From: Eledone cirrhosa
Lineage: Eukaryota
Assembly (NCBI GenBank): GCA_964016885.1
Contig: OZ024741.1
Coordinates: 119,226,001 to 119,290,000, forward strand
Direction of reading: 5' to 3'
DNA length: 64,000 nt
The notes beneath the pieces were generated by a model. That model was not told the origin of the DNA. It worked only from the letters and a program-made list of their open reading frames with translations, and did not search any database. Below are positions 1 through 14,379 of this stretch, in pieces (the stretch's first letter is position 1; each line of letters begins with the position of its first letter). The position numbers were made by a program, and so were the translations under genes.

Positions 1-425
1 CTGTCTGTCCGACTCCCTAAAACTCGAGAACCACCCAACCGATTGTTTTCAAACTTTACACATGTAATACTTATGGTCCTGTGAGTGTTTTGATAAAAAA
101 TATTTCAAATTTTCACATTACGCGATTTAGTGATCTCTCTCTCTATATAATTCTTAGTCTTTCTTTTTAGATAGATACATAGATATAAAGTTGTGCCCTT
201 ATATAATATCTGTCTGTATGTCTGGCTGTCTGCATTACGACATTATGACGTCACTATCTGTTTGTGTGTGTGTGTGTGTGTATATAGTATGTGTATATAT
301 ATATATATATATAGTGTGTAACGTTTTTCGAAATATTTACTTCTGCGTTCACAGATTGACTTTAGTTTCAGAAGATCCCGTTAAGGGTGAAAGCAGCGAT
401 TCTTTGCTTAAACTTTAGTCTGTTA

Positions 426-462
<37 letters not shown>

Positions 463-597
463 TTAGATATTTTTGCATACACAATAACAAAATATAAACA
501 AACGTATTTATTTCATGAGGCTCGATAAGGATAAAGAAATATCAAATATATAAGAACCCTAGAGCAAATCCCAAGCAACATCAGGCCATTCTGCTAG
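1..597 (+). mobile_element. Non-autonomous Helitron-like element, family A (5' end outside window)
   Basis: Ends with a decayed hairpin (cccaagcaacatcagg) then ccattctgCTAG|t at 594-597. Positions 1-420 match the reverse complement of about 32800-33190. Confidence 0.7.
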
Positions 598-610
598 TTA
601 TTATTATTTT

Positions 611-1253
611 TGGATTGGCAGTATCGGTAGAGGGTCGGACGCCATGCTTTGCAGCAAAGAGTTACGTCCCTTTACGATCTGAGTTCAAATCCCGCCGAGG
701 TTGACTTTGCCTTTCATCCTTACGGGGTAGATAAAATAAAGTACCAGTAATGCACCGAGTAATTGCTGGCCTTGTGCCAATAATAGAAACAATTATTATC
801 TTTATTATCATCATTATTATTATTAAGGGCAGTGGATTGGCAGAATCAGTAGAGCATTGGATAACATGCTTTACAACATTTAAAGATGGCATTTTATATT
901 CTAAGTTCGAATCCCACCTAGTTTAACTTTGCCTTTCATCCTTGCGGGGTCGATAAAATAAATACCAGTAATGCACTGGAGTTTATTTAATCAACTTTCC
1001 CTTCCCCAATTATTGTTAGCTTTAGGCCTAAATCAGAAACCATTATTATTTCTTTTATTGGTGGTAGATTGGCAGTATCGGTAGAGGGTCGAACGCCATG
1101 CTTTGACGCATAGAGTTGCGGCCCTTGCCATACTGAGTTCAAATCCCGCCGAGGTTAACTTTGCCTTTCATCCTTACGGGGTTTATAAAATAAAGTACCA
1201 GTAATGCACTGGGATAATTGCTGGCCTTGTGCCAATAGTAGAAACAATTATTA
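611..1253 (+). mobile_element. Three tandem tRNA-derived SINEs with Deu/Nin-like core (about 611-797, 826-1050, 1059-1253)
   Basis: A-box-like tggcagtatcggtag, B-box gagttcaaatccc, core gcctttcatccttacggggtcgataaaataaagtaccag and (ATT)n tail. Many copies elsewhere in the window. Confidence 0.85.
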
Positions 1254-1809
1254 TTTCTTTTATTGGCCACAAGCACCCATGACAGGGACATTTGAACTCT
1301 CAGACTGTAGTTCTGACTCAAATGATTGCAAGAGAATTGGCTCTGATAAAAGCACACGGAGACCAATTGTTGGTGTGAAACCAGGTGACAGATTAAATGT
1401 ATCACCTAAGAAGAGAAATGGTTCTTCAACAGTCTTCCTTTAACACAATTTCTGTCAACAAAAACTTGCAAGGATTTGGTTGACCTGAGCTTATGGTAGA
1501 AGACACTTACCCAGGAGCACCTAATGCACTATAGGATTGAACCAAAAGCCACCGGGCTGCAAAGTAAACTTCTTAAACACACAACCATGGACACGGTTGA
1601 TTCTAACTTATAAATTATAGCAGGTTCATTGGTTTTAACGCAACTGGTTAGATTAACCTTATTAGTTTTTCACCACTAACTTAAGCCGAGCGTATTAATT
1701 AGATCAACCAATTTAACTACTTTGACAAGAAACTGATGCATGAAAGTACAGAATAAATCTGTAAATAATAATAATAATAATAGAAAGAAAACAAAATTTT
1801 TCCAAGATA

Positions 1810-2490
1810 TATTTACAGGTTGTAGTAAAATAAAGAGGTTCTTTGGATACCTGACATTTAGCTGTTCCTGAACTGATCTCTTGAGAAATGTCAAGAATGC
1901 CATAGTAAAGTCAGTGGCTAGTCAAAGATTCCAGAGTTAGGAAGATATGCAGAGTCTTATAGAGATATCTTCTTCTTGAGTCATCCTTCCATTGAAGCTG
2001 AAACATTCATTTTGCTTTTTCTAATGGCAAGAATATATGTAGCTCACCATGCCTGCATACTCATAGGTTTCTCCACTAACTGGAGAAGTGGTGCCTACCC
2101 ATTGTTGAATTAATAATCAATATCATCTGCAAAGCCACTGGTGTTCATGATGCTGAGATCATCTAATTAAACTGATGATCATCACCTGAGCTAATGCTTA
2201 CTATGAGACAAGCAGTATTTTTATTGAGGCTTACTCCTCTAGATCCAACCTGTTCAGCTAAACCATCCTATGATAGCCATATCAGAGGCACCTAGTATAG
2301 GATGTGGCTTTTCACCACACAGATCAGTTTTCGAACTGAGAGAAGATATGCGCTCAGCTTGAATGAACATATATTGCGCATCATTAGTTCGCTGAGTGGC
2401 ATTCTGAACAGACACTTGGACACAGGAATGCCACAAAAGACCATCCAGTGCCAACCAGTGTAAACTACTACAGCTCTGTACAGTCATAAA
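1810..2490. pseudogene. Highly decayed LINE (RTE-like) fragments
   Basis: Minus-strand FADDID RT-like motif near 2120-2135; many stops. 1890-1970 is duplicated at about 3085-3160. Confidence 0.35.
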
Positions 2491-2518
2491 TTAACATATA
2501 CATATTTACACACCCGCA

Positions 2519-2561
<43 letters not shown>

Positions 2562-4099
2562 CACACTTTTGGATGGTCATCGACTCACATGAGTTCCTCC
2601 GCTCTTTGTCATGTTTAGCTTTTCATTATGCTGGGTGTTCAAAATCACCATCCCCACCAAGCAACCTTGATGGGGTTGCTGGTTTAGTTGCTGATGATCC
2701 AACCATGTGACAAGTTGTACTGGGTTACATGTTACCTGTATCACCCAGGAGTGACCTGACCAGTACATGGAGGCTATGAAAAAATTCAACAACAAACTTA
2801 TAGCTGCTTTATTGTTTCTTAAATGTAAAGGGCATTGGATACTTCATATAGTCTGTCATGGCTTACTAGCTCTATAAGGACGTTTAAACTGATTCAATAA
2901 TTTTTTTTTAAAAGATAACACACACACATATATATATATATATATACAGGGCACTTTCTATATCAGGAATGTTGTTACAATAAGATGTTCTCTTCCCAAT
3001 CTCAAACAACAATGACCTGACTATATAGAGATAAAGAAGAGAAATTTGAGTGAGAAGGGGCAGAGGAGGGGGGGGGGACACAAGGAATGCTAAAGTAAAG
3101 TCAGTGGCTTGTCATCAGAGATACCAGAGTTAGGAAGATATGTAGAGTCTTGTAGAGATATAGAAGAGAAATTCAGGTGAGAAGAAGTAGAAGGGCAACA
3201 GTGTCACAGTTTGTCAATATAATCATAGTAAAGATATGAGAAATTTTTGATTTAAATATATCTGTGTGCGCATGTGCATTGATGCATGTGTATATGTGTG
3301 TGTATATATATGTATACACATGTATGTGTATATATCCATATGTATGTGTGTGTATGCATGTATGTGTTTGTATGCATGCATGTGTATATGTATGTGTGTG
3401 CGTATGCATGTACACATCATCATTTAACATCTATTTTCTATGCTTGCATGGGTAGGACGGGCAGTCCCTTTGTGAGAGATCAGGTCAGAGGACCCTGATT
3501 CGCTCATATGGAACTGATTATATATGCATACGTATGTGTGTGTATGCATGCATGTGTAGGTATATGTGGGTGTGGGTGTGTATCTGACTCCCACTGATGA
3601 AGACGTATGAGTGTCCAATTGTCAAGAAATTGAAGGATCTACTACTGATTTAGTGTGTAAGGTGTTTTAAGGCCCTTAGCCCTGCTATAGCAGGGATTAC
3701 CTTTGCAGGCCCTATGACAATCATCATACTCTACAGTCAGATGCCCTTCCTAGTGCCACCCCTTTTAGTCACTTCTTACAATATACAGGGCTACAGAGTG
3801 CCTCTTTTCAATTGGATACACACAACAACATAGTGCCTTTAGTGCTTAAAATCTAAATAAAAAACAATTATTAGCCAGCAGCTCTTTAGCGTAGTGGTAA
3901 ACACACTCAGCCAACATTGAAGAGGTGCAGGGTTTGATTATTCACATGTACCTCTTACGTATTTTAGCCAATTTTCGCAAATATTTATAGTGATTAACTA
4001 TTAGTATTGTCATTTACATTGGGATGCACACAAAACAATATTACACTTAGGTCTGTGATCTACTGGGCTTCCTCAGATACATCTGGTACACTTAATCTA

Positions 4100-4382
4100 T
4101 CACCCAGTTTAACAACATCAGCAATAACACAGCAATAACAGCAACAATAACAACATCAGTAATAAGAACAATAACAACATCAATGACAACAGGAACAATA
4201 ACAGTGACAACAACCACCACAACAGTAACAACAACAACAACAATGGCAGCAATAACAACGGCAACAACAACAACAGCAGCACCACCAGCAAGAACAACAA
4301 TGATAGAATTAACAACAGCAACAGTAATGACAACAGTAACAGCAATTGCAACATTAACGACAGCAATGGCTTTAACAACAAA
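4100..4382. repeat. Degenerate (ACA/AAC)n trinucleotide tract
   Basis: Directly visible; explains the Thr/Val/Leu-rich ORFs. Confidence 0.8.
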
Positions 4383-4429
4383 AGACAATTTAAGTTATCT
4401 AGGATGTTGACAACCTGTTTTTCCTGTAA

Positions 4430-5490
4430 TACGACAATACTTGTTTTTACTTTGAGCACAAGGTCAATAATTTGCAGCCGGAGAAGAGTGGGGGGGGGGG
4501 GGGGGGTCGATATAATCGACCCCAGTAAGTTACTGATAGTTTTTTTGTTGATCACGGAGGGATGAATGGCAAAGTTGACTTGAGCAAAATTTGAACTAAG
4601 AATGCAGCAAGTCGTAACTAAATACTGGAAAGCATTTTGTCCAATGCTCCATCGATTCTGCCAATCCACCATCCTGTAATGATAATGGTTTCTGATTTAG
4701 GCACAAAGCCAACAAGTTGTGGGGAGGCGGAAAATCGATTATATCAATCCCAGTAGGTAACTGGTACTTTATTTTATTGCCCCTGTAAAGATGAAAGGCA
4801 AAGCAACCTTGGTGGGACTTGAACTCAGAACGTAAAGGGACATAACTATATGCCACAAAGCATGTTCGCAGATGCGCTACCAATACTGACATCCACCGCC
4901 TTTAATAATAATTGTTTCTACATTAGGCACAAGGCCAGCAATTTGAAGGTGAGAGGTAAGTCAATTAAATTGATCCCAGTGCGTTACTGGTACTTTATTT
5001 TATCGACCACATAAGGATGAAAGGCCCAACTGAACTCAGAACGCGAAGGGACGTAACTCTGTACCACAAAACATATTTCCGACGCTCTACCGATACTGCC
5101 AATCCACCGCCCTTAATAATAATTGTTTCTACTTTTGGCACAAGGCCAGCAATTATCCCAGTGCATTACTGGTACTTTATTTTATCTACCCCGTAAGGAT
5201 GAAAGGCAAAGTTAACCTCGGCAGGATTTGAACTCAGACCATAAAGGGCCGTAACTCTTTGCTGCAAAGCATGGCGTCCGACCCTCTACCGATACTGCCA
5301 ATCCACCGCCCTTAATAATAATAATAATGGTCTGATATAGGCACAAGGCCAACAATCTGTAGGGAGGGGAAAATTCAATTACATTGACCCCATTAAGTAA
5401 ATGGTAATTTATTTGATCAACCACAGAAGGATGAAAGGCAAAGCTAACCTCGGAAAAATTTGAGCTCAGTACGTAAAGGGGCATAACTAT
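4430..5490 (-). mobile_element. Five tandem Deu/Nin-like SINEs
   Basis: Repeated tactggtactttattttatc...ggatgaaaggcaaag...tttgaactcag...ctgccaatccaccgcc units separated by (AAT)n. Confidence 0.85.
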
Positions 5491-5704
5491 AAATAACAAC
5501 ACAAAAACGAAAGTAAGAAGTTTCCTTGCAGCCACTTTCCTCTATAATCATCCGACAATCACATACACACCATGTGAGCCAATGAGGAAACTTCCCAATT
5601 AGTCACTCAAACAGACAGAAATAGCAGCCAAGTCTCCCTCAAATCACACATATTTTACCATCATAGAAAACAGACATTTTAGATAACGTGGTCCTAGTTT
5701 ACCT

Positions 5705-5945
5705 GCATATAGGATAACAGACTGGATGGTCATGGAAGGAGTACCCTTGATGAGAGGTTTGCTTGATTAGAGTTGACCCAGGGTTAAATATATAGGATAA
5801 CAGATTGGATGGTCATGGAAAGGATAGCTTTGATCAGATGTTAGGTTGACCTACGGTTAAATAGAAAGGATAACAGACAGGATGGTCAGAAACGGGATAC
5901 CTTTGATCAGAGGTTTACTTGATCAAGAATGACCTAGGGTTAAAC
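5705..5945. repeat. Three diverged tandem copies of a ~75-85 bp unit
   Basis: ggataacagactggatggtcatggaa...ttgatcagaggtt...gacctagggttaaa occurs three times. Confidence 0.7.
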
Positions 5946-6362
5946 AACAACAATAATACATCACACTAAGGTAGACTGGATCATTTCTGAAAGAGTCACC
6001 TGACAGTCTTTCCCTATCACTCCCACCCAATACACCATCACCACCATCAAGATAATCACTACCATCAATTCTATCACCACCACCTTCACCACTACACCCA
6101 CTGCACCAACTCCACCACCAGCATTAACACAACTACCATCACCATACACTAGCCATACCCTCCTACCTCCACCACCACACCCCCTCTTACCACCATCTAC
6201 AAGGACACCATGAATGTTTCCCAATGCTATGCAACAGTGCACATGCTCAGGTAACCAGACATTGCCATCAGATGACTACTGCACTACTTGCTCACCATGG
6301 CAACCAAGTCAACTACTACCCAGTCAAGTTCGGTCCAGTGCTCCAATGCAGCTGGCCACATG

Positions 6363-6414
<52 letters not shown>

Positions 6415-6529
6415 CACACATATATATACATATATACACACACACATGACCACTCTCACCTTTACTTCCTCCTGTTTATCTCTTACTCGTTAGCAACAAC
6501 ACCATCACAACTGGTAGTAACAATACCAT

Positions 6530-6760
6530 CACAATCATTAGCAATACCACCACAATCATCATCATCAACATTACAATCCCTAGCAACACCACCACAATCA
6601 TCATCATCAACATTACAATCCATAGCAACACCACCACAATCATCATCATCAACATTACAATCCATAGCAACACCACTACAATCCCCACCATAAACATCAC
6701 AATCCCTAGCAACACCACTACAATCATCATCATCAACATCACAATCCCTAGCAACACCTC
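6530..6760. repeat. 42-bp minisatellite, about 5 copies
   Basis: ccaccacaatcatcatcatcaacattacaatccctagcaaca repeated. Confidence 0.85.
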
Positions 6761-9385
6761 CAGTCACCATCACTACCACCACAACCACCATCACTACCAC
6801 CACAACCACCATCATTACCACCATCACTACCACCACAACCACCATCACTACCACCATCACTACCACCACAACCACCATCACTACCACCACAACCACAATC
6901 ACTACCACCATCACCACCATCACTACCACCATCACTACCACCACAACCACAATCACTACCACCATCACCACCATCACTACCACCACAACCACCACCACAA
7001 CCACCACAACCACCATCACTACCACCACAACCACCATCATTACCACCATCACTACCACCACAACCACCATCACTACCACCACAACCACCATCATTACCAC
7101 CATCACTACCACCACAACCACCATCATTACCACCATCACTACCACCACAACCACCATCACTACCACCACAACCACAATCACTACCACCATCACCACCATC
7201 ACTACCACCAGAACCACCACCACAACCACCACAACCACCATCACCACCATCACTACCACCACAACCACCATCACTACCAACACAACGACCATCACAACCA
7301 CCACAACCACCATCACTACCACCACAACCACCACCACAACCACCATCACTACCAACACAACCACCATCACTACCTCCAGAACCACCATCACTACCACCAC
7401 AACCACCATCACTACCACCAAAACCACCATCACTACCACAACAACCACCATCACTACCACCACAACCACCATCACTACCACCACAACCACCATCACTACC
7501 AACACAACCACCATCACTACCACCACAACCACCATCACTACCAACACAACCACCATCACTACCACCACAACCACCATCACTACCACTACAACCACCATCA
7601 CTACTAACACAACCACCACAACCACCATCACTACCACCACAACCACCATCACTACCACCACAACCACCACAACCACCACAACCACCATCACAACCACCAC
7701 AACCACAATCACTACCACCATCACCACCATCACTACCACCACAACCACCACCACAACCACCACAACCACCATCACTACCACCACAACCACCACAACCACC
7801 ATCACAACCACCAAAACCACCATCACTACCACCAAAACCACCATCACTACCACCACAACCACCATCACTACCACCACAACCACCATCACTACCACCACAA
7901 CCACCATCACTACCACCACAACCACCATCACTACCACCACAACTACCATCACTACCACCATCACTACCACCACAACCACCACAACTACCACAACCACCAT
8001 CACTACCACCACAACTACCATCACTACCACCATCACTACCACCACAACCACCACAACCACCATCACTACCACCACAACTACCATCACTACCACCATCACT
8101 ACCACCACAACCACCATCACTACCAACACAACCACCATCACTACCACCACAACCACCATCACTACCACCACAACCACCATCACTACCACCATCACTACTA
8201 ACACAACCACTAGCAACATCATCAGTGCCATTACAACTAGTACTACCACCACCACAATCAGTATCATTAACATCACAACCACTAGGAACACCACCACAAT
8301 CATCATCAATGCCATCACTAACAGCATCACAACCACTAGCAACACCACCACAATCATCATCAATATGAAGACTACCAGCATCACAACCACTAGCAACACC
8401 ACCACAATCATCATCAATACCATCACTAACAGCATCACAACCACTAGCAACACCACCACAATCACCATCAATACCATCACTAACAGCATCACAACCACTA
8501 GCAACACCACCACAATCATCATCAATGCCATCACTAACAGCATCACAACCACTAGCAACACCACCACAATCACCATCAATATGAAGACTACCAGCATCAC
8601 AACCACTAGCAACACCACCACAATCACCATCAATGCCATCACTAACAGCATCACAACCACTAGCAACACCACCACAATCACCATCAATATGAAGACTACC
8701 AGCATCACAACCACTAGCAACACCACCACAATCACCATCAATGCCATCACTAACAGCATCACAACCACTAGCAACACCACCACAATCACCATCAATATGA
8801 AGACTACCAGCATCACAACCACTAGCAACACCACCACAATCACCATCAATGCCATCACTAACAGCATCACAACCACTAGCAACACCACCACAATCATCAT
8901 CAATATGAAGACTACTAGCATCACAACCACTAGCAACACCACCACAATCACCATCAATGCCATCACTAACAGCATCACAACCACTAGCAACACCACCACA
9001 ATCACCATCAATATGAAGACTACTAGCATCACAACCACTAACTAGTACCACCACCATGATCACTACTACTAGAAACATCATCGCCATCACAAACACTAGT
9101 ACCACCACTACCACCACGACAATCACCATCATCAGCCTCACAACCACTAGTACTACCACCACCACCACCACAATTACCATCAACACCATTACTACCACCA
9201 GAAACATCATCAGCATCACAAATACTAGTACCATTACCACCACCACAATCACCATCAACCTCACAACCACTAGTACCACCACCACCACTGCCACAATCAC
9301 CATCATCATCATCATCATCATCACAGCCACCAGAAACATCATCAGCATCACAACCACTAGTACCACCACCATCACCACCAACTCA
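6760..9385. repeat. ACC/ATC/ACT trinucleotide-derived satellite with a 54/108-bp higher-order array at about 8270-9045
   Basis: atgaagact recurs at 8365, 8581, 8689, 8797, 8905 and 9013 (spacing 216, then 108). Confidence 0.9.
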
Positions 9386-10377
9386 TGAAGGAGATTCTGC
9401 TAAAAATAGAAGTCAAACGCCATCAAATCACATCTTTCTGTCTTAGAAGAAAGAGCACATTGCACAATAATGTAAGTAATTCACAAAATGATAGGATGGT
9501 CATGGTTGGAACACCTTTCATTATAGGTCTTATGTTTAATGAGGGATGACCTCATGTTAAGCAACAACAGCAATCAATAACCCTACCACTATTACAAAAA
9601 AATGAGCTTTTGATATTGTCACTCAGACTACCAGGAAGGTCAGCCAAATCTCCGTAAAATTGTACTCTACTATCTTGCAAAGAGAAGGACACATTGGATA
9701 TTATAGTCCTAGATATTGAAGGCCTAAGGAAAAGATGAACTGATCATAGCTGGAACAATGTCTTGAAAATGACATGTTTTTTTAACTCTCAACATCCTGT
9801 ATTGATTTAGTAGAAAATAGCTAAAAATGGGTTTATTGATTCAAATGTTTGCAGTATCTTTACAAGTAGACAGATCACTGAGAAAATTTATATTACTTGA
9901 AGGACATAAATGTTTCATGTGATGCAGTCATTTTTCCAAAATTTGCATATGCAAGGTTGTTGATAAACTCTTAACATCCTGTAATAATTTAGCAGAAAAT
10001 ATCTAAAAATGGGTTTGTTACTTCAAATGTTTATGGCATATTTACTAGTGTCACACAGATTGAATGAGGAACTATATGATCGTAAAGAAAACTTCCTAAT
10101 GAGCAGTCTGCACCTCATACATATCAATATATTAATATATACTGCAATGATAGGAAATGGCAGCTCTGCTTCTCTCTCTATTACTGGATCAGTCTACCAT
10201 TGGTCAATATCTCAAAAGAGAATTTATCGTGTTGAAACAGATGGAAAAACTATCTGAAGATAAAGTTTCATTTTAGACGCAGCATAAAGAATAAAATGGG
10301 AAGTTGATGAGTGGTTGTATGTATATATGTACGTGTGTGTACATATGTGTGTATATATATGTGTGTGTGTGTATGTG

Positions 10378-10490
10378 AAGGTGCATGGCTTAGTGGTTAG
10401 AACATAGGGTTCACAATTGTGAGTTTGATTCCAGGGAGTGTTGTGTCTTTAAGCAAAACACTTTATTTCACATTTCTCCAGTTAACTTAG
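10378..10490 (+). mobile_element. tRNA-derived SINE head, second family (related copies about 30410-30525 -, 34840-34950 +, 40780-40940 +)
   Basis: tggcttagtggttag...gagtttgattcc...ttgtgtctttaagcaaaacactttatttcaca. Confidence 0.6.
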
Positions 10491-10684
10491 AACTGTAGAA
10501 TAAAGAACTACTTTATATCCAAGTAGGAGAAATCCTACCGATGCGCTGAACGACTTGAAAACTCTGGTACAGCCAACGACTTGAAAACTCTGGTACAAAC
10601 ACTACACTTGTGACAATTATTGACACATAGTGCTGGGCCCATGGTACCCTGTGATGACAAGTGCAGAGAGATCTCCAGATATAA

Positions 10685-10885
10685 AGCAATGCCTGTGCCG
10701 TGAAGCTTTTATAGTGAGCAAAGGCACTGCACAAAGCCAGTCCCACTCTCTTAACCAAGATGATATTTACCAAAAAGAAGAACAAGTCAACATCATTGGA
10801 TACCATCAGGGTTGCAGGTGTTATATCAGTGTTTTCCTTCTCCTAGAATTCTGCCTTGACAAAGGCTAAGGGGTCATCTCTCCTG
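10685..10885. repeat. Unclassified interspersed repeat (second copy about 56730-56950)
   Basis: gcaatgcctgtgc...cccactctct...aaaagaagaa...caacatcat...tctcctagaa...ggggtcat is shared by both loci. Confidence 0.6.
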
Positions 10886-10978
10886 AATATATATATATAT
10901 ACACATATATATATATACACATATACATTTATATATATATACACATATATATACACACACATATATATATATACACAC

Positions 10979-11009
<31 letters not shown>

Positions 11010-11092
11010 TATATATATACACACATATATATATACACACACATATATATACACACATATATATATATACACACATATATATATACACACAC

Positions 11093-11123
<31 letters not shown>

Positions 11124-11139
11124 TATATATATATATACT

Positions 11140-13632
11140 CCTCCCAACAAGAGGCGAAAATGTCCTGGACCTCTGTTTTACAAACAACAAAGTGCTCATC
11201 CACAATGTAAAGGTGACACCAACAATTCTCTCGGATCATAACCTAGTAGAGCTAATGATATGTGGTCCGAGAGAACCAACAGAGACAAAACCACCAAGAA
11301 ACTCCGGGACGTTATCCAGCCTTAACTTCTACAAGGCTAACTGGAAAAATATTAAGAGAGAAATCCGGAAGCAAACATGGAGTGAAAACACCGCCACACA
11401 AGACACTAACACACAATTTCAACACTTCATGACAACGATACACACTATATGCAAAAAGTTTGTCCCGGAGAAAAAGGCAAACAGACACAAAAATCTTATT
11501 CCCAGAGATAGGAAAATCCTTGTGAGACGTAGAACCAAACTCTCAAACCAGTTGAATGCTCAACAAGAAAACAAAAACAAGAAGGAATCCTATTTGAAAT
11601 GTGCACTACTTGGCACTGAGATTGCACTCAAATTTCCCATGAGAATGAGAGGGCAAAGAAAGAGAACAGGGCCATAGAAAATATTAAAACAAACCCTAAG
11701 GCCTTCTTTAAATTTGCAAAAGAAACTGCCTCAGTACACTGCAAGATCAGGCCACTCTTCCACACGGACGGTTCATTAACCGAAAACCTCCAAGAGATAT
11801 GTGAAATACTGAACGAACAGTACAAAAGTGTGTTCACATGTCCACTGAGGCACATGCAAATAACAAAGCCAGAGGAGTTCTTTGATGCCACAACACTATA
11901 TGAAGAAATGGCGACCATCAACCACATAGACATAACGGAGGAGGATGTGGTGTACGCCATAGATGAAATTAGAACAGACTCAGCTGCTGGACCTGATGGA
12001 TTCCCAGCAGTTCTCTTAAAAACATGTAAGCGGGCCTTAGCAACTCCACTGAAGATGCTCTTCAGAAGCTCCTTGGCTAACGGTGCACTACCCAGGGAGC
12101 TGAAAGAAGGCACAATATGCCCTATCCATAAAGGAGGTAGCAGAGCGGAGGCCAAAGACTATAGGCCAGTCTCCCTGACGTCGCATATCAGTAAGGTCAT
12201 GGAGCAAGTCGTCAGAAAGAAACTGATCACTTTCCTCGAGGAAAATGACCGCCTGACTAGCACGCAACATGGCTTCCACCCAGGAAGAAGCTGCCTTATA
12301 CAGCTGCTACATCACTACGACTGGGTACTGAAACAACTACTAGACAGCTCACATGTGGACGTGATATATCTTGACTTTGCGAAGGCCTTTGACAAGGTCG
12401 ACCACGGAATGATATGTCACAAACTACACGGACTCGGCATAACTGGAAAAGTAGGTGAGTGGCTGCATGACTTCCTAAAGGACAGAAGCCAGACAGTCGC
12501 AGCAAATGGGGCCCTCTCAAAGGAAACGCCAATAACAAGTGGGGTGCCCCAGGGGACAGTCCTGGGACCACTACTGTTTTTGGTGGCTCTCTCAGACATG
12601 CCCTCTGTAGTACATACAACAACATCCCTCACTAGCTATGCTGATGACACTAAGGTAGCACAGGCAATCAAAAACCCAGCTGACGCTGCCCTTTTACAAC
12701 AAGATCTGGATGCCATATACAAATGGGCGGAAGAAAACAACATGCAGTTTAATGCTGGCAAATTCCAAGCCCTACAATACAAACCTCCAAACAAACCTGC
12801 AAACACAAATATAGTACAACACAACTACACAGGACCAGGAGGGACCGATATCCCCGTGTCAAAATTGATATGAGACCTGGGCATAGACATGAACGATGAT
12901 GCATCTTTTTCTTCACACATCATGAAAGTGGCGACAATGTGCAGACGACTCGCTGGCTGGATCTTGAGGACTTTCCGGACAAGAGACCGAGACACCATGT
13001 TGACACTATGGAGGACATTTGTCCTAAGCCGCCTGGACTACTGCTCCCAGTGGTGGTCACCCCATAGTGTCAAACTAACCACGGAGCTTGAGGCAATCCA
13101 GCGAAGCTACACCAAGAGGATTGCCAAGATGAGGGAGACAAGCTACTGGGAGAGGCTAAAGGAACTGAACCTCTACTCCTTGGAATGAAGACGGGAGAGA
13201 TACGCAGTGATCTACATGTCGAAAATCCTGGAGTGACTAGCACCAAACTTTGGCATTGGGAGCTGGACCAACCGTCGAACAGGACGTCACTGTGTGGTGC
13301 CAAAGGTCCCGTCTTCCACATCTAGAATAAGGAGCAGGTATTGCAATAACCTGGGATTCAAGGGCCCTCAACTCTTCAACAAGCTGCCGAGGGATCAGAG
13401 ATTTGCATGACGTGGAGGTGGATGTCTTCAAGAAACATCTCGACACCTTGCTATCCAGGATCCCGGATGAGCCCACAGCAAGGCACGAAGGAAACCTAAG
13501 AGCAGCAGCAACAAACTCCCTCTTACACCAGTGGCCAACCTATACAGGCTGGAGATAAAATGTGTAGCAACAAGGGCGGTGCCCCAACATGGCCTCAGCC
13601 GGATGGCTGAAACAGGTAAAAGAGTAAAAGAG
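11140..13632 (+). mobile_element. 5'-truncated, disrupted CR1/L2-group LINE (APE C-terminus plus RT)
   Basis: [10 protein letters not shown]...SDHNL endonuclease end; RT motifs AAGPDG, YRPVSLTS, QHGF, YLDFAKAFDKVDH, GVPQGTVLGP, YADD. Frameshift near 11620-11680, stops at 12871 and 13186. 3' tail (aaagagta)2; flanked by (TA)n. Confidence 0.92.
11830..12873 (+). pseudogene. LINE ORF2 reverse transcriptase segment
   Basis: 347-aa ORF with the RT motifs; continues in the same frame past a TGA into 12889-13188. Confidence 0.9.
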
Positions 13633-13710
13633 TATATATATATATATATATATATAAATTAATAAAAACAATGAATAAAAACAAAGAACAAGTTTCTTAT
13701 ATTAAAAAAT

Positions 13711-13846
13711 TCATCATTTTACGATCGTTTCTAGGAAATATATATGTGTTGGTATGTATATCATATAGATCCATGTAAAAATATTACAAACTATCAGAGG
13801 AAATATACATACATTCACATATATATGTTGTCTTCAGAAATGATGA
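13711..13846 (-). ncRNA. Type I hammerhead ribozyme motif with long stem II
   Basis: Minus strand reads tcatcattt-CTGAAGA-[~100-nt hairpin]-GAAAC-GATC-GTA-aaatgatga: perfect 9-bp stem I, palindromic stem III, GUA site. Base of stem II is imperfect. Confidence 0.75.
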
Positions 13847-14379
13847 GATTTGTTTATTGAAAAAAACCAACAAAGATTTAATATAATAGGTCTGTTTGGG
13901 AACAGGTTTTGAATTGACGAATAGAAAAGTAGTAAGAGGTTAAGTTGATAGAATAGTAGTAGTAGAAATTTAATTTAGGGGTAGAGGAGTGCAGACATAT
14001 GTTTTAAATGGAAAGAATACTGTGAATGAAAAGAATACTCTGGGGATGAAAAGAGGTTAAGCCAGTGAAGGGTACACAAAAATTTGATGTTATTAAAGAA
14101 TAATGTTAAAAACGAAGGAAAGTAAAATTTTAGGGTAAGAGTATTAGTGAGAAATACCAATCCTAGTTAAACCCCAACGAATCTAGATCTATAACAAGAA
14201 ATTAAATTAATTGATAGGTATACTTATTAATTGATAGGTATACTTATAGGGATAAATTTATATTAATTCATATGGATGTGATAAATAAGAATTAGATGTT
14301 ATTAAAGAATGTTGTTAAAAACGAAGGAAAATAAACTGCACTATCCACAAGTGTTTTTAACCTTCATATCATGTCTTCC

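Noticed and set aside
1204-1443. 79-aa ORF as a host exon
   Set aside because: Starts inside a SINE; no recognisable domain or clear acceptor.
3594-3623. Hammerhead motif CTGATGA-a-gac...gtc-caattgtc
   Set aside because: GAAA is missing and there is no stem I; a possible relic but not supportable.
3872-3955. tRNA gene
   Set aside because: A-box-like start but a degenerate B-box and no cloverleaf; at most a decayed SINE head.
6483-9381. Minus-strand poly-Val and Gly/Cys/Asp ORFs as structural proteins
   Set aside because: Several frames are open simultaneously because of the trinucleotide composition; no signal peptide or unique domain.
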